Source: Phallusia mammillata (lineage: Eukaryota). Taken from it: a stretch of 64,000 nucleotides of DNA. The notes beneath the pieces were generated by a model. The model was not told the DNA's origin. It searched no databases and saw nothing but the letters and a program-made list of their open reading frames with translations. Every line of letters starts with the position of its first letter. Positions within the stretch are counted from its first letter, which is position 1. The translations under genes and the position numbers were made by a program. The stretch is from NCBI GenBank assembly GCA_965637545.1, contig OZ281494.1, forward strand, positions 24,552,001 through 24,616,000, written 5' to 3'. Below, one piece after another: positions 24,185-55,500 of the stretch.

Positions 24185-25115
24185 TCAATCTAGTAGCCAA
24201 CAACAGAGCAAAGCTGCACAACACGCCATTAGGAAGCATTCTGCGTCGTCGTGTTTTTTCTGCTTGTGTCTGTGATCTTCCACCACAACTGTAGAAAACA
24301 AAAAGTAGTGAATATGATACTCTTTAAGAGAGGTTTTTAAAATTAAGCTAGTTGTCTTTTAGATTAGTTTGTAGACACAGAGTTGTAGTTGGGCCGACTT
24401 TTCGGGCCAGATTTGGTTTAGACTTACGAGCTTCACTATAAACTCGGCCACATTTGGGTCGAAACAGTTTCAGGTCTAATTCGGGCTTAATTTATAAAGT
24501 TCGGGTTCGGGTCGGGCTTGTACATTCGGGTTTGGACCGTATGTTCGACCCTGTTTACAACTCTGGAATGACAGCTAACGAAGGATGTCGCTAATTCCAG
24601 TCCACTACTATAGCAAGATTTGCCATGTATGTCGCTATTAAAGGGTAATATACGTGACCGGGGCACGATTTAAACAACCAACTCACCAAACAGCCATTAG
24701 CCGTTGAAAGGTTGCCACGTAAACACCTTTGTTTAACCCAACGTTTCTAAACAGCCCATTAAAAGGGAAGTCTTTGCTTCTTACCGACTTGTTGTGGATT
24801 TCCATGCCTTTGCTGTTGCGATATATGTTGTCCCTGGGGTGGGTAACCCCCTTGCTGGGGTGGGTACGTAGCTTGAGGGGGGTACCCTCCCTGTTGAGGT
24901 GGGTACCCTGCTGGTTGAGGGGGATAAGGCTGTTGGGGTGGATAAGCCCCCGGTTGTCCTTGATAGTAGGGTGCCTGTTGGTACCCAGGTTGGGGAGGAT
25001 ACGGCTGTTGTTGCATGCCCGCTTGCTGCATAGGGGGCTGAGGGGGATAAGCGGGATTAGTCGGTGGTGGGTGAATGGGGTCGTTGGCGGAATACGGCGG
25101 TGGAGCAGACGCCAT
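24185..25115 (-). CDS. CYSTM1: Cysteine-rich transmembrane module protein (CYSTM1-like), 144 aa. Exons 25115-24785 and 24288-24185
   Basis: Exon 1 is Pro/Gln/Tyr-rich (MASAPPPYS...YPPQ repeats) and ends at a phase-1 GTAAG donor. Exon 2, after TTTTCTACAG, reads VVVEDHRHKQKKHDDAECFLMACCAALLCCWLLD*, a canonical C-terminal CYSTM module that is absent from the ORF track. Confidence 0.9.
24378..24565. mobile_element. Short MITE with CAGAGTTGTA TIRs and internal TTCGGG repeats, in the CYSTM1 intron
   Basis: CAGAGTTGTA / TACAACTCTG perfect 10-bp inverted ends; flanks TGTAGACA / GAATGACA share only the last 4 nt; repeated TCGGG/CCGA motifs inside. Confidence 0.65.
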
Positions 25116-28100
25116 TTTTTTGTTTTGATTTTGATTGCAAATATATAAAGAAAAAAACTAAAAACGTCTTACGCCTGAAAGAAAAATAAAGTTGAGTAAT
25201 AACACGAAACTGTAATTGGCGACTAGTCCGGCTGCCGAACGTTTCCTTGTCACAAAACTTACACGACTCTATTATTGCGTAAGGCTTGTTTGTTAACAAC
25301 TTCTAACAGCAGATCGTATACCGAAGTCGCTCACCTTACCAACCTTTGCTCACCAGAAACGAAGTTAACTTCAATTTAGGTTTTTTTCGCCACAGTTGAA
25401 ATACTTTTTCAACAATTTTATGAGGGGTTCGACAATAATATACACTCACTGAAGTAAGGTTTCAAATGGAGTTTACACCGATACGAACTAAACTGTTTTA
25501 TAAAAACAATCATCAAACGCAGCTCTCAATACACAGCTTTTGCTTTGTGTGACAGCACCATCTTACAGTGGGTAGGCTCATACAAAGCACTGCTTTCGCC
25601 GTAAACGTTCAAGACTCTTATACATAACAAAGCAATGCTGTGAACACATAAGAGCACTAACGGCTGAATATTTCGCTAAAAACTGTGTTGCTATTCGTTC
25701 CTTGGGTATAATAAGCTTCACTTAAAGCCGTAACACATTAGCTAAGTGTGAAATCCGCTAACTCGGGCAACATTTTTGCTTTGAGAAATCGTGTATAATT
25801 CTGTTTAAAAAAAAAGACATCTACCACTACTCAGCAATAGACTCGCAGCTAATCATTAACTAAAAAGCTTTGCCAATTACAAATATGAGTAAAACGTCAT
25901 AAATAGCTTTTTGCTGATGAATTATGTAGGCTACGTTTACACTGCGCACAGCACGTTAAAGATTAATGTTTTTGGTGACCACCAGTCTATATCTCACATA
26001 GCTTACTGTGCCAACAACACAAAATCGTACATTTCGTATTTCCCTACTAGGGTTTATTACAGATTTGCGAATTGAGTTCCCAGCAGTCAACAAACAGGAA
26101 GGCTATAATTTTGGTTACGCTGGTTTAAGTCTTGTTTACAACACAAAGTTTGTCACACAGGGCCTGCGTTTTCCATGGGCTACTGCACAACAAAACAGCA
26201 TGTTTCTTTTGTCTATTAACCCAATTGTTATTACGTGTGGATCGAAACCCTACAATGAACGTTTGACGCTTTTTAGCAAAGTCATTGTGGTAAAACGTAG
26301 ACATGGAAAATACGTGTTTTCGAAATATTTTTTTAACGGGGTGAGAAACAACCACTGATCATTTTGTATGTACAAACGCTCGTTCCTCAATGTTCAAAAG
26401 TAAACAAACGTAGGCTATAACAAATGCCTAAACGAACGTAAGCTATAACAAAACTTTTATCCACCCAATAAAAATCATATACCTTATAAACGTAACAAGT
26501 AGAAAATCCAGTTTACATGTTGATGCGTAAAAGATGAACTAAAATACCTACTTCTTGAGCATTTTAAGTACATACCGTCTCTGCACATTTACTTGCAGCC
26601 ACATGTTGACACAGGAAACAACGCAAAAGCAATTTGTACAAGCAAACCACGCCTATTTCCAATACAGCTCGTGTTGGATTACATTCACCAACAGATAGGC
26701 TTTCTGTGAATAACACACGCAAAACTAATATAAGTTTAACTCTGGCTGGTACTGTCTGTCTTTTTTACAACAACGAGCATCCTTTGTTTTTTAGAACTAT
26801 TTTTCAAGTCTACATGTTTACTTCGTTTCCAAAAAAAGATGAGAAACGCAACGTCCTTACCTAATACAACATTATTTCTAAACAGCAAGCTCCATAAACT
26901 AAAGCAAGTATTTTGCACGAGCGAGAACTGCAACAGTATAGCCTGGACGAAGCAAGTCTCAGCTAATTCCGACTAAGCCCGCGGCGCTGCGGTTGATTAC
27001 AGCAGCCATGACGTCATATCACGTGCGTGTGACGCAGGACTCATGACTGCTGTTGTCAGGCGTTGTATGTAAGGGCTGGTTTTAACTCTATAAAAAGTCC
27101 CGAATTCATGACATGCAGTTATATAAATCAATGTATAAAGACGTAAATTATAGTTACAGTTATTTCTGGCGTTCGGTTAAAGTTCGTCCTTTCAAAGCCT
27201 CAAACTCAAGGTTATAATCACACGTCACCAGATGCCTGTTAAAAGACCAATTCCTAATACGTGGATGTATTGCATTTTTTTAAGATTGCCAGTTCCTATA
27301 GGCACAACAAACGCCTGAAGTCCTCTTTGGTTTAATCGTTCGTGTTACATACATAAAACATTACATACATAAGCTTAAAACACAGTAATACCCATTAGAT
27401 TACATGCTAGAAAATGTCATAGTACATTCCCGTTGATTGATAATAAAAACACTGCCAACATGCTAGTTATGCCGTATTTCTATCATAGCAAAATAACATG
27501 TATAATACTGACTTTAAAATTCAATTGACGTCTCAATATTCCTACCCTTCGCAATAGGAATAGTTAAATAGCCTACTGTCCGTTACGATCAATATACAGC
27601 TAACTCTCCTTTCGGAAACATGGCAACCAAGCCCCTGTTGACACAATCTATTGAAAGCCCAACAGTGTCCCTGTGCTCTACTGTGCTATGTAGAAGCTTC
27701 TCTGTCAGTGGAACTAGTTGCTCGCGAAATTGTTGAAAGGAGAAAAGTTCCAGTTTTGGATGTTTTCGGAATAATGCAAATATGCATAGAAATTGTCTGA
27801 CAAAAAGTAACATATTTTGTGTTATAATTTATTGCAATTACTTATGAATACGTAAATATTTGCAAGCGAATGCAATTCAAAAATAAGGAATCTCCCAGAA
27901 TAAAAAAATTAAAAACATTTCACTACAGGGCGGTAGAGAAACTGGTAAAGATACTGCATTGCTTTATGGATCGAAGTTGGTTGGTTCACAAAAATTTAAC
28001 GTTAACTACAATACTTCACGACAAAATCATAAGATTTATCCGCCTTGTGGCTAATCGAAAACTTGTTTGTAACCAACATTGATTAAATGCAACAACTTTT

Positions 28101-28633
28101 TATGTGAAGGTAAGTGTAAAAAGGAGTCCGTTGCGAGTTAAGTTTGTTTTAGATGTAGAATGGGCGGATGGATACTAATGTCGTCCATATCCATCCACCA
28201 ATACTGTCATTCTGGTCCAAGCTCACTTAACAGTAGGTCCTCCGCATAAGTGACGTGCAAACAAGCATGTTACCGTTGTTTACATGTTACCCAGGGGTTG
28301 CACTGGGGCTTTGCAACCCCCACTACTCCCAGGTTTTTGCTAACTGGGGAAAATGAATATGTGAGATGTATAAGTACATCATGATATGTTCTGTTTGAGA
28401 ATAAGTGTTTCAGATGTTTATTGGAAGGTAGCTGTATAGGATTCTATCATTTTATAATATAGTTTATCACTAATTAATGCCCTTTTAGGACATAAGTTAT
28501 TTCGGCTAAAGAATCTGCTGACAATTAAGGACTTTTACAAACTAAACCATCATGCATATTTTTACTTTCTATCTATCATGTCACAACATTAACTATTTTT
28601 GTCTGCAGAGTCAGCACCCATCCTGATTCCAGG

Positions 28634-48454
<19,821 letters not shown>

Positions 48455-49009
48455 GCTTGGTGAAATTGAAAAAATGAGACATTTTTTTGCATTTGGACCA
48501 AATAGGCTACTGCTTTTTTTTCTTTGATGTTGGCCATAGCTAGCCTCAAACACGAAAGGCTTGCATAAGTTGGAAAAAGGAGTCTACTGCAACAGCTTAA
48601 AAACGCGTTGTTACAAATTTATACCCGTTAAAACTCGTTTGCACTTTGTGATATTTGAAAATGGATTAAAATCTGATTATTAATGGATTGTTGGTTTATG
48701 ATCATCGTGTTTATGTTGGTTTACTTATGGTTTGCATCCAGTTTTTTTTCCAGCTTGTTTTTGTTTACACTGTGTTTTTTAGAACGAATCGTTCCCCTTT
48801 TTGTTTCAAATACAACTTAAACGCGAAGTTGACACAATTGTTGTTCAGCTTTTTGTGGTGTTTCACGTACAAATCAACGACCGAGACGCCGCTGGTTAGA
48901 AGTTAAATGCTACAATCAGAAGCATGGTAACTAAACAGTCCGTGCTTAAACGGCCCCCGTAAATAGTTATTGTGCCACACCAAACAACCACATTTAGATT
49001 CCAAAACTT

Positions 49010-49275
49010 GTGGGTGCGTCTCACTTTTGACCCATTAAATACTTAATACCTGAACCCGCAGTATGCTTTATCTACCTGTTAGTTAATATGAGTATCAATG
49101 TACGCCAGGTCTGTTGGAGGCGTTATCTATTCGGTATGACAAATGTGTGCCAAGCGTTCCCACATGCCGAGGCATAGTCCAGAACAGTGGTTCTTATTTT
49201 TTGCGGTGGAATTCGAACCGACGACAAAAGTCACTCCGGGACTAACGCTCTACCAACTGAGCTAAATAGGTTCAG
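49010..49275 (-). mobile_element. tRNA-derived SINE between the 3' ends of ZNF236 and CEP95
   Basis: The minus strand has A box TAGCTCAGTTGGTAGAGCG (49264-49246) and B box GGTTCGAATTCC (49219-49208) but no acceptor stem. The tail boundary is approximate. Confidence 0.75.
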
Positions 49276-49566
49276 TGGTAAGCCGCCTAAAGTCAAATCA
49301 CAAGCACTGTTGCCTACGCCGTATGCTGCACATGTAGCCTAAGCTTTGTAGTGGGGGGTCGCCCTCGCCGTATGTATTTTAAGCTTATCTTTATTGGTCC
49401 AAGCTAGCATGTATAAAATCTGGTGCAAATATAAAAACAGACGCACATAATAACCAGCGAATTTGGCACTACACTACACACATTAAAAAACACAGTTTTC
49501 TTTTTCCAGTCTTGGTCTTTTCAGTATTGAAAATGTTGGTAAGAGTTTTAATGGAAGTAAATTTGA

Positions 49567-52500
49567 TCACATGGATTTTGCCAGAGAAGAGTCAAACTTT
49601 GCATGGTAAGTTGCAAGTTGAAGTTGTCTTCGAATTCGATCCGCTTCCATCTCTCGGAAGTAAACATCTTCATCATCTCGGGTGATCCTCTCCTGAAGAT
49701 TGGAAATCTCACGCTCCATCTTCTGTCGCAAACCACTCTTCATCTTGCGAAGAAGCTGAATAATGATTCGTTGTTGTTAATTATCTTGGAAATAGGCTTA
49801 TCCAATTAGAGATAAGTAGCTTGAGAGAATAAAAATCTTTAGAAAAGATGGTTAGAAATGTCCAAATAGTTGAACACCATCAACCCAAAAATGAGAAAAC
49901 AATATGGGTGAGTTATAATTTGTAAATAAACAACCATATTTTACAAGTTTGAAAAACCCTAAGGCTATAACCTTTCCTTTTTTCGATTTTTGGGGGTCAA
50001 AACGAAAAATCCGTTTTTCAGTGGTTTTTTGCGGGAACATTATAGTTGCAAACCAGTTTTGACCGGTTTCTGCCTCCTACCGAGACACCAAACCAGTTTA
50101 AACCAGTGCATTGGGCCACGACCCCCCATTTATAGCGCTTCCAAAATTTGGTCCTGACCATGCCACTGATTTCAACACATGATAAATGGTAAAAAAACAT
50201 GCTCATTCCAGTCACCTCAGTCTGAGCTTTATCCCGCACACGGAGTTGATTTTTCTCACTGTCCAGAGTTTCGGCGAGTATTGCAAACTGATCCTTGTAG
50301 TAATTCTCCAAGGAAGCAATCTCGTTCCTCTGTCTCGTTTGCTGAATTTCCCGCTTATCTCTCGCGTATTTGCGAAGCTCGCGTAGTCGGGATCGCTGGA
50401 TGTCAAGACCTTCCTCGAACAGATTGCGGAAAAGCTTAAGACGGAAAAAGAGTTTAGATGTCTTGCACAAAATATGAATAAGATCGCATGTTCTTTGTAA
50501 TATGTACTTTGGTTTACATTTTTTTTTTTTTTTTTTTTTTTCATATGGTAAGTGTTAAATAGAGAATACATATTCAGAGATACATGTCGACGACACATTT
50601 GCAGTTTGCAGTCGTTAAGTTCCATTTCTTTTCCTGCATGTAGTTGTTATACTAAGCAGCGTTCTACAAGCAAAATCCTATTTCGTCTCCAGCCAAAATG
50701 ATAATTTAATGGAAACAAAATATTCAGTCTTAAAGTCTGCCTAAAAGGGAGCAAATCCTTACTTTTTCTTCCTTTGTTCTTCGCTTCAGCATACGCGCTC
50801 GCATCTGTAGTTGATAGTCTCTGTAATATCTACGAACTCGGGCCGATTGTTGGCGTCTATCCTTCACAGAGCGTTGGGCCTCGCGACGTCCAGCTTGTCG
50901 CTCTTTAGATTCCCGAACTCTCTGTGTGTGTTCATGTTCACGCCGCATAATGTCGGTAAGCAAGTGATGCCGATGGTGGGCTTCTTGCATCTGCAAAGTA
51001 AGAAATATGTTGGATTGATCGGGAATAATTTTTTTTTAAAATTTTAAAAACTAGCGGGTCATTAACAAAACAATTGGTTTAGTGGAGCACCCTAAAAGTG
51101 AACAAAAAATAGATGAGTGATTCACGAAATTGTTAGTGATTTTTCAAGCTTTTATTTACACACTAGAAAAAATCTCAAAATTAGTCGATTTACAATTTTT
51201 TCTGACTGGAATAAGATTGTTATCCAGTTGTCCTGGTCTCTTTGAAGCGTTAGGAAAGCTTCTGGTCGCTCAGTGACGCAGAATCAATGTAGCAAAAATG
51301 ATAGTAAAGGCATTCTCTGATTCGCAACAGGTTTTGCCCAAATTACTACTGCTTTGATTCCATAATCCTTAAAGTACCAACTTTCAACACTTTTACACCT
51401 TTCCTTGGTGCAATACTGAAAACTACCAACTTGACCACATTTCCAGGACACACTTGCCTGCTTCTCTGTGTGTTTTCTTGCTTTTTGATGTTGAGATTCC
51501 CGCGATGTTAAAACCTCAATCTGGCGGAATTGTTTCTTCCAAGCATTATTCACAGTGTGAGATGAAAGTTCTAATCCTGGAAACTCTGAGATCAGAAGAG
51601 GAAGGAGATCATGCTCTCCGATTTCAAGATCACCTCTGATCTTTCTTTCCGGTGGAATTGGATGACTCCTTGGTGTCTTTTTCACTGAAGATTAGCGTCA
51701 AGTTATATTAAAGCCAAAACATACATATTAATATAAACTAGATCGTAAATGCTTTAACTTGAGGTATTCGATTTGCGACGGTCATCTAAAATGTTTTTTT
51801 TAATAAATGGTTGTATTTGTTCATATGCTCTCATTCAGTACCACCTGACAACTTTTTCCATCATCACGTACCACCTCAACCAGTGGTGCCCAACCTTTTA
51901 GTAGTCATGTGCTCCTTTTATGAATTAAGTTTGCGGAACCCCAACTTAATTTACCCTAAGTCTTTTTATGTTTCATGTTTCTTGCATTATACGTTATTCC
52001 GCATTTGGGGTATTTTAATTCACCTTCACAGTAGTTTAATTTCAATGAAGTTTCTGTATTGTGGCAGTCAACGCAATAAATCGATAAAGTCTATTGTCCA
52101 TATGATGTCACAATAGAGAAAACAATCACAAAAAGTAATTGTTCTTGGTCCAACTAAGATGCGATAAACAGTTTACACTTGTATGGAGGATTGGTAAAGC
52201 GGTTAAGAAACTGAAAAATATTTTTTGTTTGATAATGATACTAAACACATTTGCCTCCATGACCCCTGAAACCATCTCATGGACAACTTGGGGGTCCGCG
52301 AACCCTTGGGTGGGTGACCTAAACCCTGTTGAAATGGATAGACCAAGAAATAGGCCCATTTTCTCGACCTAGCTGGCATATTTAGCAATTTCAAAAGACT
52401 GTCCAAAATATGAGTTTCACCCAAACCAGGACTGATCAATTGGGTCAGTTGAGTTGCAATTTTGGACTGGACTCAAATTAGGTATCACAGAAAGCTACTC

Positions 52501-55500
52501 GCGTAGCACCTAAAACGTTCCAGCGACCTAGTACCACAGTTTGAGAATCACTGCTCTAATTATACATTTGAAGTTTAAATTGGATGTTTCATTCTTGTAA
52601 ATGCTCAATGTAGTGAGTGAATACGGAATGCGGAGAAAGATGCATCAACATCAATCAGTTGTTTTACAGACAGAATGTCAACATTGTTTTAGCATAGATC
52701 AAACTACAAATGTGTATGAAAGATTATCAAAACTTACCAATTGGTGTTTGCCAGCTTTTCCACTTTGCAGCTGTTGCCAAATCCTTCTTGGCACCTGATT
52801 TTTGTGGTGCTTTTCTCTGCCTTTGTTTCATCTTTGCATTAAAATCTCTCTCAGTTTTTCGAGCCTTTCTGGCCAATGGTCGAATTTTCTCTCTCTCAGC
52901 TTCTTGCACTTCATCAAGATGATCATGATAACTTGCTGATAAAACCTGTTAATAACACAAAATTATTGCAATTACATTTTGGTAAGTTTTAATGTAACTT
53001 TTCCCATTTATTTTCAACACATTTATTTTTGACCAAATACAAGTTCAATTTTCGCAGCCAATTTTTTTCCAGCATTATATTTTATATTTGAAAAAAGGAT
53101 TCCTATTCCATGCTAATTGGCAGTGTTAATATTGTAATTTTGCCAACAAATTATGATATAGACTGCTAAAACAATGTTGCTTGACTTTTTGCTCAGGGAA
53201 ACAAGTCTGGGTGGTAAATGTTTTTGGATTATCCAAAAAATTTTATGACATTTATTTGACACATTTGGAATGACAGACATTGCTCTAACATGCTACAAAT
53301 GCTGACAATTTAATTTGTATTGCTGCGTAAAAGCACGGCAATAATTTCTAAAGCTGGGGTTAATCATTTGAACAAAAAATCAGTTTCGGGCAAAAAATTT
53401 ACTAGTTTTGTGTGCGTGTCATTTTCATGAACAACGATTCATACATGTTATCCTACATCTTTCTATCACCTTGTTTTTTAGATCTTGTAACTGTTTTTCC
53501 CGCTGCAAGACTTGACGAAATTCCTTTAATTCTTTTGCAGTTTTTGTTGATATTGTATCTTCAAAGCGAACATTTCTTTGCAGCGACTTTGGCCGAGTTG
53601 AATCCCGCAAAACTTCAGAATCTAAACAACAATAAAAATGTATTGATCAGGTTTAAATTAGGCATTGATTATTTTTATTTAAATAGTATATTTTTATTGT
53701 CATGAGATAAAGTTGAAGAATTTTTAAATTTGGGAAACATTTAAATTAAACTGCAGAAAGTATACTCCTCCATTTTAAAAAACTGGTATGTGTAAACTGT
53801 AAAGTGCAGTTAATGTTTATTATAAGCAAAAAATATCATAAAAGTTTCACCTGAATGCACAACTGAGGGTCTACTTCTTTCCTCTATTCCGGTGTCTCGT
53901 GAATCACTGAAATACAAACACGTTAAACGATGCTTGGGCCACACACAGGAACTACATTTAGAATTGCCATTGGTAACCATACCTTAACGTACTGTCAGCC
54001 TGGGGTGTTGCAAAATATTTTTCTCGAATTTTTCGTGACTCATCAACAGTCTTCTGTAGGTTGTTTAAAAGTTTTACCCAATCACGCTGTTGTTGAGGTG
54101 CTTCTGTTGATCCAGGATGTCTAATAATCAACACATAACCATGCAAATATTAATAGTTACGAAACCTCTTTGATTCAAAAATACAACTTGTGGGCTGCTG
54201 TAAAAAGTGTGTTTCACAAATATAACATTTTTTTTCCTTTTGTGGTGTTATAGTTTCTAGTTCAAAATTCCATGATATTATGCTTGGGATAAACAAAATG
54301 CACCTTCTGTTAACTTGTCCTCTATCAGTATCTTCAAAAGAATTATCAATAGAAGGAGGTTGATAGATTTGTTCTGTCATAAGGTCAGGTTTTGGGATGC
54401 CGTCTGGCTCATCGACACCGGATGATGATGCTGAGCTACTTTGTGATTTCTGTAAAACAAAAGTAATTTAAATGCAATCGTACTATCCACATAACCTTGT
54501 GCTAAAAGCTACCAAAATCGAAGTATGTACCTCAATTTAAAATGTAGGTTTGTGAAAAGATTGTTGTATCAAATTTCACTACATACAATCCTATACCCTA
54601 GTCATACAGTTACTTGTTTCAATTATTTGGGTTGTGAAGACACTTTCTAATTTTCTATCATATATTCATTTACCTGGGTCAAATTGGGTTGGGGTCTGCC
54701 TTCCATCACAACAGATGAGGGGGTTGAAGATTGAACGTCATTGCTTGTGACATCACTAACACTCATTGCAGATCCTTTGTCCGAATCATCAATGATAATG
54801 CTTGGTTCTGAAACTGGCACTTTGTATGTTGACTTCAAATCAGTCTCTTTCTTTGTTGTATGTGGTTCTAAATCCACTTTGTATGTTTCTTTTAGGGGTT
54901 TTGTTTCATGTGTAGATCTTAAAGATACTGGATCATTGTTACTTGACAAGTCTATCTGTTTCACTTCAGTTTCAGCCAGTCGTAGCAGGGATTCTGTTCG
55001 GTCAGCGGAAGCATCCCCTCTAAGGGTGTCATTGAAGTCTGTTAACTCCAAAGTATGTTCTGATATTGAGCCAGAGGATTTTAACTCCTGCCAATCGACA
55101 TCTGGTGACAAGGATTTTTGCATTGGCACAAAGTGTTGGTCATCGACATCTGTCAATTGTTCAACTCTATCCTTTTGTGCCTTGTCATCCAATGCTATAA
55201 GATCAGCAGTGTTTGTTGACGAGTCAAGAAAAGTGTCACTAAAACAGGAAAGTGTTTTTTTTAAATGTAGCTATTATTATCACTGATGTATAATCAAATT
55301 CAATACACAGTCAATTTTAAAATTATTGTCATTTTATTGAACGTTTTTTAAGGACTTGAATTTACCGTATTTTTCAAATTTTGAAACTTTTACCTGTCAT
55401 ATTTCCTCTCTCTGCCTCCCCATGTATGTGAAAGTTGCTTTTCACTGAACACTTCTGAATCCACATCTCCTTCATCTAACAATGTAAAAACATTAAAAAC

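Noticed and set aside
25558-25572. CATCTTAC resembling the miR-8/200 family 5p arm
   Set aside because: It sits in the loop and there is no TAATACTG 3p arm.
28294-28320. 9-bp hairpin GGGGTTGCA / TGCAACCCC as a terminator
   Set aside because: Eukaryotic context and no U-tract; more likely a decayed MITE end.
49200-49275. Possible tRNA gene on the minus strand
   Set aside because: A and B boxes are good, but no acceptor stem or convincing anticodon arm can be formed; called a SINE head instead.
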